DNA of 64,000 bases from Glaucostegus cemiculus (Eukaryota), in assembly GCA_976551045.1 (NCBI GenBank), contig CDPCPM010000029.1:21762001-21826000 (forward strand). The letters run 5' to 3'. Positions 12,219-23,864 of this stretch are shown here, piece after piece. How positions within the stretch are numbered: the stretch's first letter is position 1; the number at the start of each line of letters is the position of its first letter. A model generated the notes under the pieces. It had not been told where the DNA came from. It saw only the letters and a list, made by a program, of their open reading frames with translations, and made no database searches. The position numbers were made by a program, and so were the translations under genes.

Positions 12219-12424
12219 CTGGGACGGAGGGACATAGGCCACGTACAGCCAGATGGGATTAGTTTAAACTGGCATTGTGGTCAACACAGACATTACGGGT
12301 TGAAGAGCCTATTCATGTGCTGTACTGCTCTGATTGCTATACTCTAAATGCATTTGAATAAAATGTATATAATCCTTGAAACATTATACACACTTCTTCA
12401 TTCAGAGGAGATATGAAGATACCT

Positions 12425-12660
12425 TCTTGACCCAGAGAGTGGTAAGTGTCTGGTGTGCACTACCTGAAGGGGTGGTTGAAGCTGGGTGACTCAGAACATT
12501 TGAGAAGTGTCTGGATGAGCACTTCAACAGCTTAGGCACAGAGGGCTGCGGACCATGTGCTGGGCAACGGAGTTAATATGGAAGGGTGCCCACTGGTCAA
12601 TGTGGACAAGCTAGATTGGATGGCCTGTTCCCAGGCTGTAAAATTCTAGCATTCTAAGTA
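12425..12660 (+). mobile_element. CR1 3' end fragment
   Basis: cccagagagtggtaagtgtctgg...; tail (attcta)n. Confidence 0.7.
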
Positions 12661-13024
12661 CAATTCCACTCACTCCCACTTATCTTATATTTGGAAAATG
12701 ACAGGAGGTACTCTCAAATGACTGAAGTCCAACTTATTAGTCCTGCAAAATAATTCAGATGCAATGACAATTTTATGGACCTTGAAGTTCGTTTTAAGTT
12801 GCTTTGGGCCATAGAAGAAGATTTCATATTTAGAGAAAACATTTATAATTAAATAAACATGTGTCGAACAATTTGTGTTTACAATAATACCGAAGCAGAG
12901 AGCATGGGCTTAAATTCATTAGCAAAACAATAAAAAATGAGTATTATTTTCCTCAGACTGTCAGAATCTGCAAAGCTCCACCTGAAAATAGGGTAGAAAC
13001 TGGCTCCATTAATAATGTAAAAGG

Positions 13025-13725
13025 GAGCCATTTTAATTCTCCTCCCCATTCCAACACCAATATGTCTGTCCTCGGTCTCCTCTGCTGCCAGGGTAGGGTT
13101 AAACACATACTAGAGGAACGAACAGCATTGCTTATTCCACCTGGGTGGTCTACAACCCGATGACGTGAACATTAAATTTCTAGTTAATTGTTCCCCATCT
13201 GTCCCTTTCCTCTCCCCCTCCTGATCTACCCAGTTCTTTCTACACTCATCCCAGCCCCCCATCACCCAGTTTCTTTGCCCTCCTCCACTCACTCCATCTG
13301 CTTATCACCCACACATTCCTTCCACTGGTTCCTCTCCCAGCACTGTTCCCATCTGCATTCTCCACCTCCCTAACTTGATTCCCTGCTCCACCTTCTTCTC
13401 CTATCAGATTCCATCACCTTCAGCCCTGTGTTGCCTCCACTTACCACCTCCCAGCTTTTGTCACTATTTCCACTCTCCCTTCCCCCCCCATCTGCCTATC
13501 ACTCCTCCTCACCTGGATTCACCTACTACTTGCTAGCTCTTGCTCCACCCCTTCCCCTCAATTTTATTATACTGACTAACTCCCTCTACCTTTCAGTCCA
13601 GATAAAGGGTCTCGATCCAAAATGTCAACAGTCCACTTCCCTCCATTGGATGCTACCCGACCTGTTGAGTTATTCAAGGATCTTGTTCATTGCTACAGAT
13701 TCAAACATCTGCAGTCCCTAGTGTA
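13025..13725 (+). mobile_element. Penelope-like element 3' part
   Basis: Translates HFNS.PHS..NMSVLGLL...LEERTA...HLGGLQP (frameshifted), followed by a pyrimidine-rich UTR, a decayed hammerhead (13593-13629) and the PLE end. Confidence 0.8.
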
Positions 13726-14601
13726 TACAGAGTTTGGGGCTGAGACTAATTGGTTAGGTGGGAGGTTGGGGAGGGGATAAAATCGCTTATGGGGAAGTTT
13801 AGAAAATGAGTATGGTGTTGTTCCCCAATCTGGCACACCATGATGTTGTCCTAGGAGTGATCAACAATTGTGGACTTTTTTCCCTAGCAATACACCAGAA
13901 AGATAATTGAAAGGGGAATGATGCCATTGATGCATATCTGATTTGCAGCACAAGCACTCATTCAAATTCTCTGAGCAGCACATAATGATCTGGAAATAAT
14001 TGTCATTGGCTTTCACTTGATTCCAAAGTATATTTTCAATCACATATCCCTGAAATAAGCAGTGCCCTACAGCCCAATTTCCATGTGGTATATTTGTTTA
14101 ACCTTAACAATTCTTTTACTATGAAATCTTTTTGAGTTTGTTCTTTTGGGGGCTTTTTTTTGTGGGATAATACTTCAGCTCATGAGCAGATAAAACTATG
14201 ACAGCAGTGCAGGAGACTGAACCTAGCTCTGAGGTTAGCACAATTTCAATTTTCTGGCCATTGATCATAATAGTCAGAAAATTGGGAATACTGTGTACTT
14301 GGCAATTTGCTGATAAACTGGCCATTCCGTGCGAGGAGCCAGGTCTAATAATTTAGTGATTGTAAAGTCAATACAGCAATCTTTTCATTTCTTCTACACT
14401 TTATTGGAGATGAACCCTTGTTTTGTGGTGTGTTAACCTTCATTTTGGAACCCACTCTACATTGAAGAACTGAGTAAATCATTTACACTGGTATCTCATC
14501 TAGTGCTTTGGATGCATTTGCAGGAATGAGCGTTCTAATGGAATCACTACAAGAAGTGGTCACTGTATTGCATTGTATATAAAAGCATGGTTTCCTAACA
14601 G

Positions 14602-14731
14602 TGCTGTTCTGTTGGTATTGGGAACCTGGCGCAAATCCTTGTCCTCGACTGGCACTCTCACAGCAAAGTGAAGAGGTTACCTGAGAGGGCTGGACTCGGG
14701 TGGGTTGGCCTGAGCAGATGACATTTTTTAG
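14602..14731 (+). other. Putative internal exon 2 of the + transcript; structured, non-repeat
   Basis: Acceptor tttcctaacag| (an alternative in-frame acceptor lies at 14523/14524) and donor TAG|GTATGA. Locally GC-richer, with G-U-rich hairpins. Confidence 0.45.
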
Positions 14732-15799
14732 GTATGATATACATAACTGTGTGTGTGTTCGGAGTCCAGAACTAAGTGTGCTGTAATGAATCAGTGCTCA
14801 GCAGGGTGGAGCTAATCAGAGTACGAGTGTGCCCCCTGATCTACAAGAATATGTGCCTGGAGTTAACTGATTTCATGTAAAGTGACTGAAAATTGAAACT
14901 GAATAAAATAACTCAAGTCATTTATAGTATTTTATACATATCGGTAAAATATATATTTGTTTGATTGCTGTTACAGTAAATACAAGTTAATGTTATTTAA
15001 TTTTATACATTATTGTCTTTTTTATTGCATGTTTGCCTTAATGGTTTTTTTCCATAAGATCTCTAAAATGGTTTTTACTAATGTATGATTTTGTTTGTAA
15101 CAGGTGTATATTTTCCTTCCTGCCCTATATTGCTCCTTATTTTCAAGACTTTTTTCCTTGCAAACATTGCTTCCTTTAATACACTTATTGTTTTACGTCC
15201 AAGTTTTCAGAGCTAAGTCAAGAGGAACAGTAATTTGCGCAGATGGGCATTCAAGTCAGAAAAGAACAGTGACAGATTAAGTGAGCAAAGGCATTTTGGT
15301 CCAAGTACAGAGATCACTGGAAGCTGGTGCACTGGTACAAAAAAGTAATCAAAAAAGCCAATATAACGTTAGCCCTTTATCTCCATAGGGATGAAATTTA
15401 AAAGCGAGGAAGTGATGCTTCAGTTGTACAGAGCTTTGCTCAGACCCATTTTACAGTAATATATTCTGTTTTGTTCAAATGAACAGCATTTTGGAAGCAA
15501 CTATCCAGCGTATTAGTACTACTGACTGGGAGTTAATGTGTAAGCAAATATCTCAGCTTCTGGATTTAATATTCTGATTGATAGGGTTGATATTAGGTAA
15601 CTAATCCCATGTCATAATTCATTGCAGATCATCAAGTACTGATCTCTCCAAGTGTAATATCTTGTTCAACATTGCTGGAATTGTACCAGTTACCAATTTG
15701 GCATCTTGGTGCCTTGAGCAGTGAGAAATACTTAAACAGCATCTGAATAAACTAACCTGGATTCCGATATTTAACTGAGGACTGTGCTGCACAATGTAT

Positions 15800-17600
15800 T
15801 ATAAACGGGGTAGAGCATGTTCTGTGGAAATTCTTCTAGTTTATCTGGGCTGGTATAAGACTGATTTTGTCAAAGATGACACCCCTAATGAGAAGCTTAT
15901 TTTTAAATTATGCTCAGGCCAAGATTTTGAGGCGCAGGCAGGATATAAACTTCCAAAATATAACGGTGATGTGGTCTTCTACTTTGAAGTTGAGTTGCAT
16001 GAATGCTGCAAGTAGATTTAGCAGGAAACCAGCAGGATACAAGTGTCAGAGGGGGGAAGGTTATGGGTCAGATTCCCAGCTTCAGAATGCCCATCCAAGA
16101 TGTTACAGTTGCCAGAGGATGAAGCAGATTGTACAAAAGTGCAACTGCTTCCAAAAGCTAGAGGTCGACAAAGGTTAATTCCTGTAAGACTCAGAAGTAG
16201 GGAGTCAATGGAATGAACCCTCTGGGGCATTTTTTATAAGGTGAAGTCCAAGGATGAACAGGCAGAAATAGGAGTACTTAGTGGTGTTGATTGCATTTCT
16301 GAAGAAGTAGTAAAATGACACATGATACGTGAAAGACTTTAACATTGAATGAGGTAGTGACTATAAAAAAATCATTTAGATATCATATTTGGAATACTTC
16401 AATCATTTGCATTGAAGCAGATACTCAGGAGATACCTTTAGAGTCATGGGTCAGATGGGTCATACCCTGGAGTAGTGAAAAGATGTGAAGTCTACTCATA
16501 CTTCAGGATGCACTGGTCCTGCAAAGCAGGCAAGTGGTACTGGAAGCTTGGGAGGTGCCATGGTCTACAGCTAGCAGACACTTGAAGATAAGGGTTACAG
16601 GCTGCAGAAAACAGTCAGTTGCTAGACATAATGAAACTATTTGAGGAAAGAAAGTAGATGGAGAATTTGTAAGGTAGTATCTCAAGAAGATGTATTTCAG
16701 AAACAACATGCGATATGGCAAGCAACTTAATACCTCTAAGAAACAAATCCTTCAATCAGAAAAAGGTCAAGCAAACTATAATCAGGTAATTAGGTAAAAG
16801 TCAATGATTCACAAAAATGTAAAAAACAAAAATACCAGAAGCACTCGATAGGTCAACCAGCATCTGCTGAAAGTGAGCAAAAAAACAAACTGCTGCAGGA
16901 ACAAGGGATGAAATTCCTTGTTCAACAGGTCAAGCAGCATCTGTGGAGGCAAAGAAGTGGTCAATATTTTGGTAGGGACCCTGCTGTCCCTTGTGTCTGC
17001 TGAAAAAGAAACAGAGTTAGCATTTCAGGTCAGAGCTTTGAATTCTGCAAAATGTCTTTGACTCAAAACAGTAACCCTGTTTCCGTTTTCACAGGTGCTG
17101 CTTGATCTCTTCATTGTTTTCACCATTTTCTGTTGTTTTTCAGATTTGTAGCAGCATTTTGATTTTTGGTTCATAATGTCAGACAGCTGATCAGTCACCA
17201 ACTGAACAGAAGGTTTCAAGTCAGTCTCCAACTTCATGGAGTGCTACAAGAGCAAGGCAATGCTTCAGAGTGGTGAGTTAAATTGAAATTCTTGCAGTTG
17301 GAAGTGAAGGTGAAGAAATTGCTTAAGAATAAACTTCAAGCTGTATGATTAACTGTGGAGAAATTGATGAAGGTGCAAAGCTGTGAAGACAATCGACGGA
17401 ATCCTCGCAGAGTGTTGTTTGCAAAGGATACACTGCATAAAATGATTCAAAAAATATTCAAGAGTATTAGAATACTTGGCTTTCGAGCTTGCCAAGAATC
17501 TCAGGGTGTTGCATTTCTCGAAAATGAGAATGAAGTGGCTGTAACAGAGTTGTAACTGAGCCCAGTTATAGAAGTGATGAGTCAGTCCATAGTTTTCCCT
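15800..17600 (+). mobile_element. Possible highly decayed Gypsy-like LTR retrotransposon remnant
   Basis: LPKYNGDVVFYF resembles the Gypsy gag N-terminus, and PRCYSC......KC resembles a degenerate zinc knuckle. Many stops; interrupted by a PLE fold-back. Confidence 0.3.
16822..17170. mobile_element. Compound Penelope terminal-repeat fold-back element
   Basis: Tandem and inverted copies of aggtcaagcagcatctg / caggtgctgcttgatct. Confidence 0.6.
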
Positions 17601-18015
17601 ATTCAGAACAGGACATTAAACATGAATGACACACAGACACAGCAAGATTTGAAGACACTAATGGCAAATGAACAGTGTGTTCTGACCCAGCCACACCTCT
17701 TGAAAGTGGTTCTGATGGAGCATCATTGACAAAGACATCAACAGAGGTGACACAGAATGGGAAACGTTCTGGTACAGGGGTGCCCAAATGGAAACTTGAA
17801 CTTGAACTTTGGGGGAAAAAATCAGAACAGCTGACAGGACGCATGAGTCATGGGCAAAACAGGCCTGAAACCAATTTGGACTCCAGGAGATAAGATTGCA
17901 AAGAAAATGAAAAAGAAATTGGTGACAAAGACTAGTGAAAACAATTAAATAAGGTTTAAAGTAAACAAAAGCCAAAGACATCATTCAGGCTACTCCTGCA
18001 TGTTAGACCTGGGAT

Positions 18016-18090
18016 ATATACATACATAGTATGTCTGACATACTATGTATGTATATGGTTGTGACAATAAAACTGATTCTGATTCTGAAT
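18016..18090 (+). mobile_element. Extremely truncated Rex1 3' end with a perfect 20-bp fold-back
   Basis: catactatgtatgtatatggttgtgacaataaaactgattctgattctga matches the tail of the 5531 element. Inverted repeat at 18016-18035/18037-18056. Confidence 0.8.
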
Positions 18091-18639
18091 ATCAGAATAG
18101 GAATAGAAAGAGTGTGATGAGGTAACACATGAGATTAAGGCCAAAAAGTTTTATTCATAATTTGGGCAATGGAAGCCCAAGTCTGAGGCAGCCAGTAGAT
18201 CATGGGTCTCCTTGGCATATGCTGTAATCCCAGCACAGTGGAACTCTAGGAAGGTTCCAGCTATGAGAAAGGCCAAGATATATGCCTCAACATGGAATGC
18301 AACAAATGGATTGAGAGGAAAGGCTAAAGAGGAAAAGAAGAAGACAGGAGAAACACAGTTTGGGAACTGATAGAGGGAGAAGGAAAGGTGAAGTATGTCA
18401 AATGCATTGTCTGACTGTAGATGTTGTTTTCATTAATAAGGACTGTTAAGTGTCTGTATTAAAGCTTATAGAATACCTGTGCACTGTGTATGGTTGTTTA
18501 AAGTAATAATGATAATTACATTAAGGCAATATCATAGACATGGATGCCAGACTAAATGTATGGGAGACCCTCATGAAGAGGTGATTTACTGCAATCACTA
18601 ATGCCTGAAGTAGACGTTTCATTGATATTATGTAACAGA

Positions 18640-19760
18640 CAACAGAGGGTCATGGTGAATGATTATTTCTTCAACATCCATAAGGTGAACAGTGGTGTAC
18701 CCCAGTGACTAGAGCTCCGATTATTGTTTTATTTTGATCCATATTAATGGCCTTAACTTGGGTGTGCAAGTCACGGCTTCTAAGTTTGCAGATGATACAA
18801 AACTTGGAAATTTTGTGACTTGCAAAGAAAATTATAATGTTCAAGCAAGATATAAACCAGCTGGTGCAATAAACAGATGCATGGCAGGTTCCATGGAGGC
18901 CTTGAAGAGGGACTTGAATAACTGTATAATGGAGAAAAATTTGCAAGGCTACAGAGAAAGGACATGAGTAGAACCATAGAGTAGTTATGGTGGAGATCCA
19001 GTATGTTCAGATTGGGCTGAATAGCCTCCTGTGCTATACTTATTCTATGATTCCATGACATTCAAGCAAAGAGTTTTGTGGATAAAAACAGGTAAGAAAT
19101 AAGGTCACAGATAGATAAGGTGGTTAAGAAGGCTTATGCAATGCTTGCACTTATTAATCAGGGTATTGAGTATAGGAGTCAAAAAGTCATAATGCATTTC
19201 TACAGAACTCTGGTTAGGCCGCATTTAGAGTATTGCATGTAGTTCTGGTCACCTCACTATAGGAAGGATGTCGAGGCTTTAGAGAGAGTACAGAGGAGGT
19301 TTACTAGGATGCTGCCTGGATTAGAGGGCATGTGCTATCAGGAGAGGTTGGACAAACTTGGACTCTTTTCTCTGGAGCGGCAGAGACTGAGGGGTGATCT
19401 GTTGGAAGTGCATCACATTATGAGTGGCATAGATAGGGTGGACAAACAATGTCTTTTTCCCGTTATTGAGTGATATAATATCAGAAGGCATGCATTTAAG
19501 GTGAGAGGGGGTAGGTTCAGAACAGACATGAGGGGTATGTTTTTTCTTACTGAGAGAGTGGTGCATGCCTGGAATGCATTGCCTGATAGGGTGGTGAAGG
19601 CAAAGTCATTGGGGGGTTTTAAGAGGGTCTTGGATGGGCACATGAATGAGAGGAAAATAGAGGGATATGGGCATTCTGTAGGTAGGAGGGATTAGCTATG
19701 TCGGCACAACATTGTGGGTTGAAGGGCCTGTTCTATGCTGAACTGTTCTATGTTCTGTGC
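18640..19760 (+). mobile_element. Two adjacent CR1 fragments
   Basis: SKFADDTKLG in ORF 18734-18967 and FFLTERVVHAWNALP in ORF 19501-19695; (ttctatg)n tails. Confidence 0.9.
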
Positions 19761-19769
19761 TCTCTTAAG

Positions 19770-20067
19770 AGATAAGGTAACTTTATTAGTCACATGTATA
19801 TCAAATACAGTGAAATGCATCATTTACGTAGAGTGTTCTGGGGGCAGCCCACAAGTGTTGCCATGCTTCTGGCGCCAATATAGGATGCCCACAACTTCCT
19901 AACCTTATGCCTTTGGAATGTGGGAGGAAACTGGAGCACCCGGAGGAAATCCATGCAGACACACGGGGAGAATGTACAAACTCCTTACAGACAGTGGCCA
20001 GAATTGAATCTGGGTTACCCGCGCTGTAATAGCATTACACTAACCGATATTACACTATTGTGCCTGC
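19770..20067 (-). mobile_element. V-SINE (HE1-like), Rex1-type tail
   Basis: Same head, core and tail as 3440-3741, reversed. Confidence 0.9.
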
Positions 20068-20679
20068 TACTACTAAAATGAATAAAAAGCATCTAGCTGT
20101 AAATAATTTGTTGATTGTATATTTTCATATGTGTAATTGGTGATCTGATCGAATAACAATATATGCAGATGGATGAAGGCTCGTATGAGAAGATTACTTC
20201 TTTCTAGAGAGGAAGTAATGTAAGTGTATCTTTAAGAAATGAGTGTATCATGCAGTATGATCTTGACACATTATTTTACCAGACACTGCCATTGAGGTTA
20301 AAAATGGCTTTCTTCAATAAAGGATGTTCTGATTTTAGTTCTATCTAGTCTGAATGATAATACTTGCAATACCAAAGCAACCCACAGACACCAGAGACAA
20401 AGATAGGTTATAAGGAATGCCTTAACAGAGAAGAGGACAACAGAGAAGTTAAGTGAAGAAAAGAGGAGGTTAAGGCTTAATGACCACCAACTCTTGATCA
20501 ATGGACTTACAAGCAGTGACAATGGAGGAAACTGCAGGCAGATATCAATCTTTGGTTGCTGCTGCTAAAGTGGTGCGGAAGTCATGACTGTGGGTTGCAC
20601 TCACCTCGTAATATTTGGTTCCACAATGTTCTCCCCTCTGCTTAGTCCTGGATATCAAAGACAATTTTTTTTGGCATCA

Positions 20680-21040
20680 AGTATTGGTATCGGTATATTA
20701 TTGTCACTTATACCAAGGTACAGTAAAAAACTTGTCTTACAAACCGACCGCACAGGTCAATTCATTACACAGTGCAGTTACATAGTTAGTACAGAGTGCA
20801 TTGATATAGAACAGTAAAAACAGTAAAAGTACAGAGTAAAGTGTCACAGCTACAGAGAAAGTGCAGTGTAATAAGGTGCAAGGTCACACAAAGTAGATCG
20901 TGAGGTCATAGACCATTTCATTGTATAAGGGAACTGTTCAATAGTCTTATCACAGTGGGGTAGAAGCTGTCCTTAAGTCTGGTGGTACGTGCCCTCAGGC
21001 ACCTATATCTTCTACCCGATGGAAGAGGAGAGAAGAGAGG
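20680..21040 (-). mobile_element. Rex1/Babar 3' end with (CCAATA)-type tail
   Basis: Reverse complement of the 39405-39630 family; includes the SFYPT..RLLN coding end. Confidence 0.8.
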
Positions 21041-23569
21041 TAGCAGTACAAAAGGAATTTGTAGCAAGGGTAAGATAGGTGGGGGAAACAATCTGGTTTT
21101 GGAAGTGGCAAAGGTGAAAGCATGGTTCTAATCCAGGCATCAGAGTGCTAAGCTTCAGCAAAAGAGGAAAGAGAAATGGATTCTTCAGCTTTAATCCTCT
21201 GTTAGAAAGGTGAAATTTGAACTTTATAATCATAAGCAAGCTAGAAGAGGAGGCCTAAGAATGCACATAAACAACCAAATTACAAGCTTTATGACAAAGA
21301 TGGTAGTGGTCTGTTATAATGCGAGGTAGCCTGCTACTTTGTTGGTGGTGCCGACCTCTTCCTCTATCAAGCCTTATCCACTTCTATTCAGCCAAAGGCC
21401 TTCAGTAAAATCACTTCCCAAGTCTTTAATGCACTTCTGTCTCCTTTACACTGAGCTTGTTTTCAGAATATGATGTTCAATACAGGGTTCATGGAGTGAA
21501 TGGATGTTTTCATTTATTTGTTCATAAGAACACCACTAGCAATGTTTATTGTCCTTCCCTAAATGCATGATGAACTGAGTTACTTGTAAGGTTATTTCAG
21601 AAGGAAATTAAGAGCCAATCAATTTTGGTCCCTGCTTTGATAGCAGGAGAAAATCATTTCCACTTTTGCTCAATTTTCTATTCATTTATGATTTTTGATT
21701 AGTCATACTCTCTTCAGCATAATGTTCAGCACCACAATCTTTGCACCACTCTGTTGTTTTGCACTCTTTGCTCTATTTAATGTTGTATTGATTATTATGA
21801 ATGTGTACTGTTTACTCTGTGAGCTTCACGTGAGCAAAGAATCTCATTGCACCCTGATAATAAACTAATTTGAATCTGAAATTTAATTGGTGTTGCTTCA
21901 AATAGTAAACAGTAGCCAAAAATTTCCTGAACATAAAGTGCAAAGATGAAGAGCTACAATGGAGAATTGGTGAAATTCCAGGTGTACGTTCTGAAGAAAG
22001 GGTAGTTACAGGGGAAATTATTGAAGCAAAATAATAATTTGCTATTCATAATGCAAACAAAGGCTATTTAAAACACCAAAGTAAATAGATTCATTTTTAT
22101 TAAATGGAAGTTATTGGGAAAAAGTATTGGAAGTAGATCTGGGACTATCATTCCCCCGGGAGTGCAATGTCTGCCTGTGATCATGATAGTGACAGCTCCT
22201 CAACAGTGGAGCTTGCAGGAATAATGAGAAGGTTACAATTTTTATATGGTTGGTACAATCTTGGTACAAACCAGTCCAAATGTAGTCAGAAAACTAATTG
22301 TTTGCCCAACTTCCCTATGTTCTGCAATTTCAGCCACCTTTCTTTCAGTCCTCCATGTAAGAGGATCTACCCAAACTTTGGAGAATGGATGTGTCAGACT
22401 AGAATATATATATCACCATTATTGGTGGTGTTAAATGGATGCTATGTTCTGTCCTAGTGCTCAAACAAGAAACATCCAAATAAAAATAACAAAATTGCGA
22501 AAATTTACCGTTAAAAAAATTAGAAAGGTATATTTCATCTACGTTGCTGTGTTAAACAGCAGCTTGCCAAAATCACAGCTGCTGCATCTTTACTATTGGA
22601 AATCATGCAAAGTGGGTCTCACTCTCCAGGGCAGCCACAGTACTACGGCATAAAAGGCTGCCATGGAGATAAGGGAAAATGCAGAGGAGGGAGGACACAC
22701 TCTTCACCTTATGACACCACACGGTTCTATGGGTGAAGGGTGGGTCTCATGCCATGAGTGACCCTAAGCCATTGTGAGGCATGTCCTCTTCTCTCTGCAC
22801 AGAAAAAAATCTCTACCATCTATTGATGCAATAAGAATTTAGAGACCCAGCAAGAAAATGTGTGAAACATGCAGGGCTTTAAAAACTCAGGCAGGAAGAT
22901 GCAGGGAGCTACACATCAATATCCTAGTGGAGAACCTTTAAGCTACACCTCCTTTCCAATGCTGTGGGTTTTGTATTTTGATTTACTGGGAATTAAAAAA
23001 CAAAAGTCATAGACTTTACTATTCCAATTTCTGTCAGTACAGCAGAAATGAGTGCGGTCTGCGTTGATGAATTCATGATGTGTGGGAAAGAGGCTAGGCA
23101 AATATCAGCTGTGCTAATGTGGATTGCACCTGGAGAGGCCAGTTCAAAATTGTCATGGATGTGCATTCCATGGGAAAAGGGCGTCGCCATTTTATAAGGA
23201 GTGCAAAATAACTTCCATGTACAATTTGCGTATGGAGGGGTGCTGTGATTTCTAGTTTGTAGGCCCTTGCCTCCCCTCTGGGTTTAGGGTTCCTAGGCTT
23301 GCACAACTTGGTGCAGTCCACATGCCCATTTGGACACTGGTACATCCCAGCTCACTCAGCACACAGATCTCCACTCCTAAACCAGATCCCAAATGAATTG
23401 GGGTAAAAGTAGCATCCCACAAGCATGACATATACTTATGCTTACAATTAATTGTTCTTTCCAATGATAAACCAAATTCACAAATAATTGATCATTTAAT
23501 ACTTATTGGGAACCTTATCTCAATCCAATCTCTAATCCAGCAATGTCATTAGGCATGCAATAAGTAGGA

Positions 23570-23800
23570 CTTTGATCTAACCAGTACCTTTCCCAATCTC
23601 AGGGTGTCACAAAGTTTTACAGTTAATTGAGCACATCTGAAATGTATTTTCTACATTAAAATAGTGAATACATCAGACAGTCCTGCATGCAGGATGCCAC
23701 AATCAGCAATATCATATTGCGAGACTAGATAGAGTTTCCATTCCTTACAAGCTGACCAGAACATCCCAGGATCAATGAGGATTGCAACAGCCACTCTATG
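23570..23800 (-). mobile_element. Ancient DeuSINE (SacSINE1/AmnSINE1-like) remnant
   Basis: Weak match to the tail of the copies at 34230-34590 and 44050-44340. Confidence 0.4.
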
Positions 23801-23864
23801 TACTGTATACCCAAGCAGCCTCCTGCTAAGCTTACAAAGAAACCCGCAATGTTTTATTTTACAG

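Larger units (their letters stand above)
10090..12345 (+). mobile_element. Decayed CR1 LINE interrupted by several later insertions
   Basis: RT motifs in ORF 10273-10605 (WQIEFNPDKCEVL, QRDLGV). The element resumes at ~11392-11458 and its 3' tail at ~12220-12345. Confidence 0.85.

Noticed and set aside
13915-13975. C/D-like layout with a guide resembling 18S AAUUGGAAUGAGU
   Set aside because: Degenerate C box, a mismatch in the guide, no terminal stem, and no methylation site that I know of at that position.
14600-14860. Telomerase RNA, U6/U6atac or SECIS identity
   Set aside because: No CUAACCCU template or CR4/5, no ACAGAGA box, and no proper SECIS quartet with apical AA.
15794-16015. FKBP-like VFYFEVEL ending
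   Set aside because: No other FKBP motifs or splice support. A decayed gag or chance explains it better.
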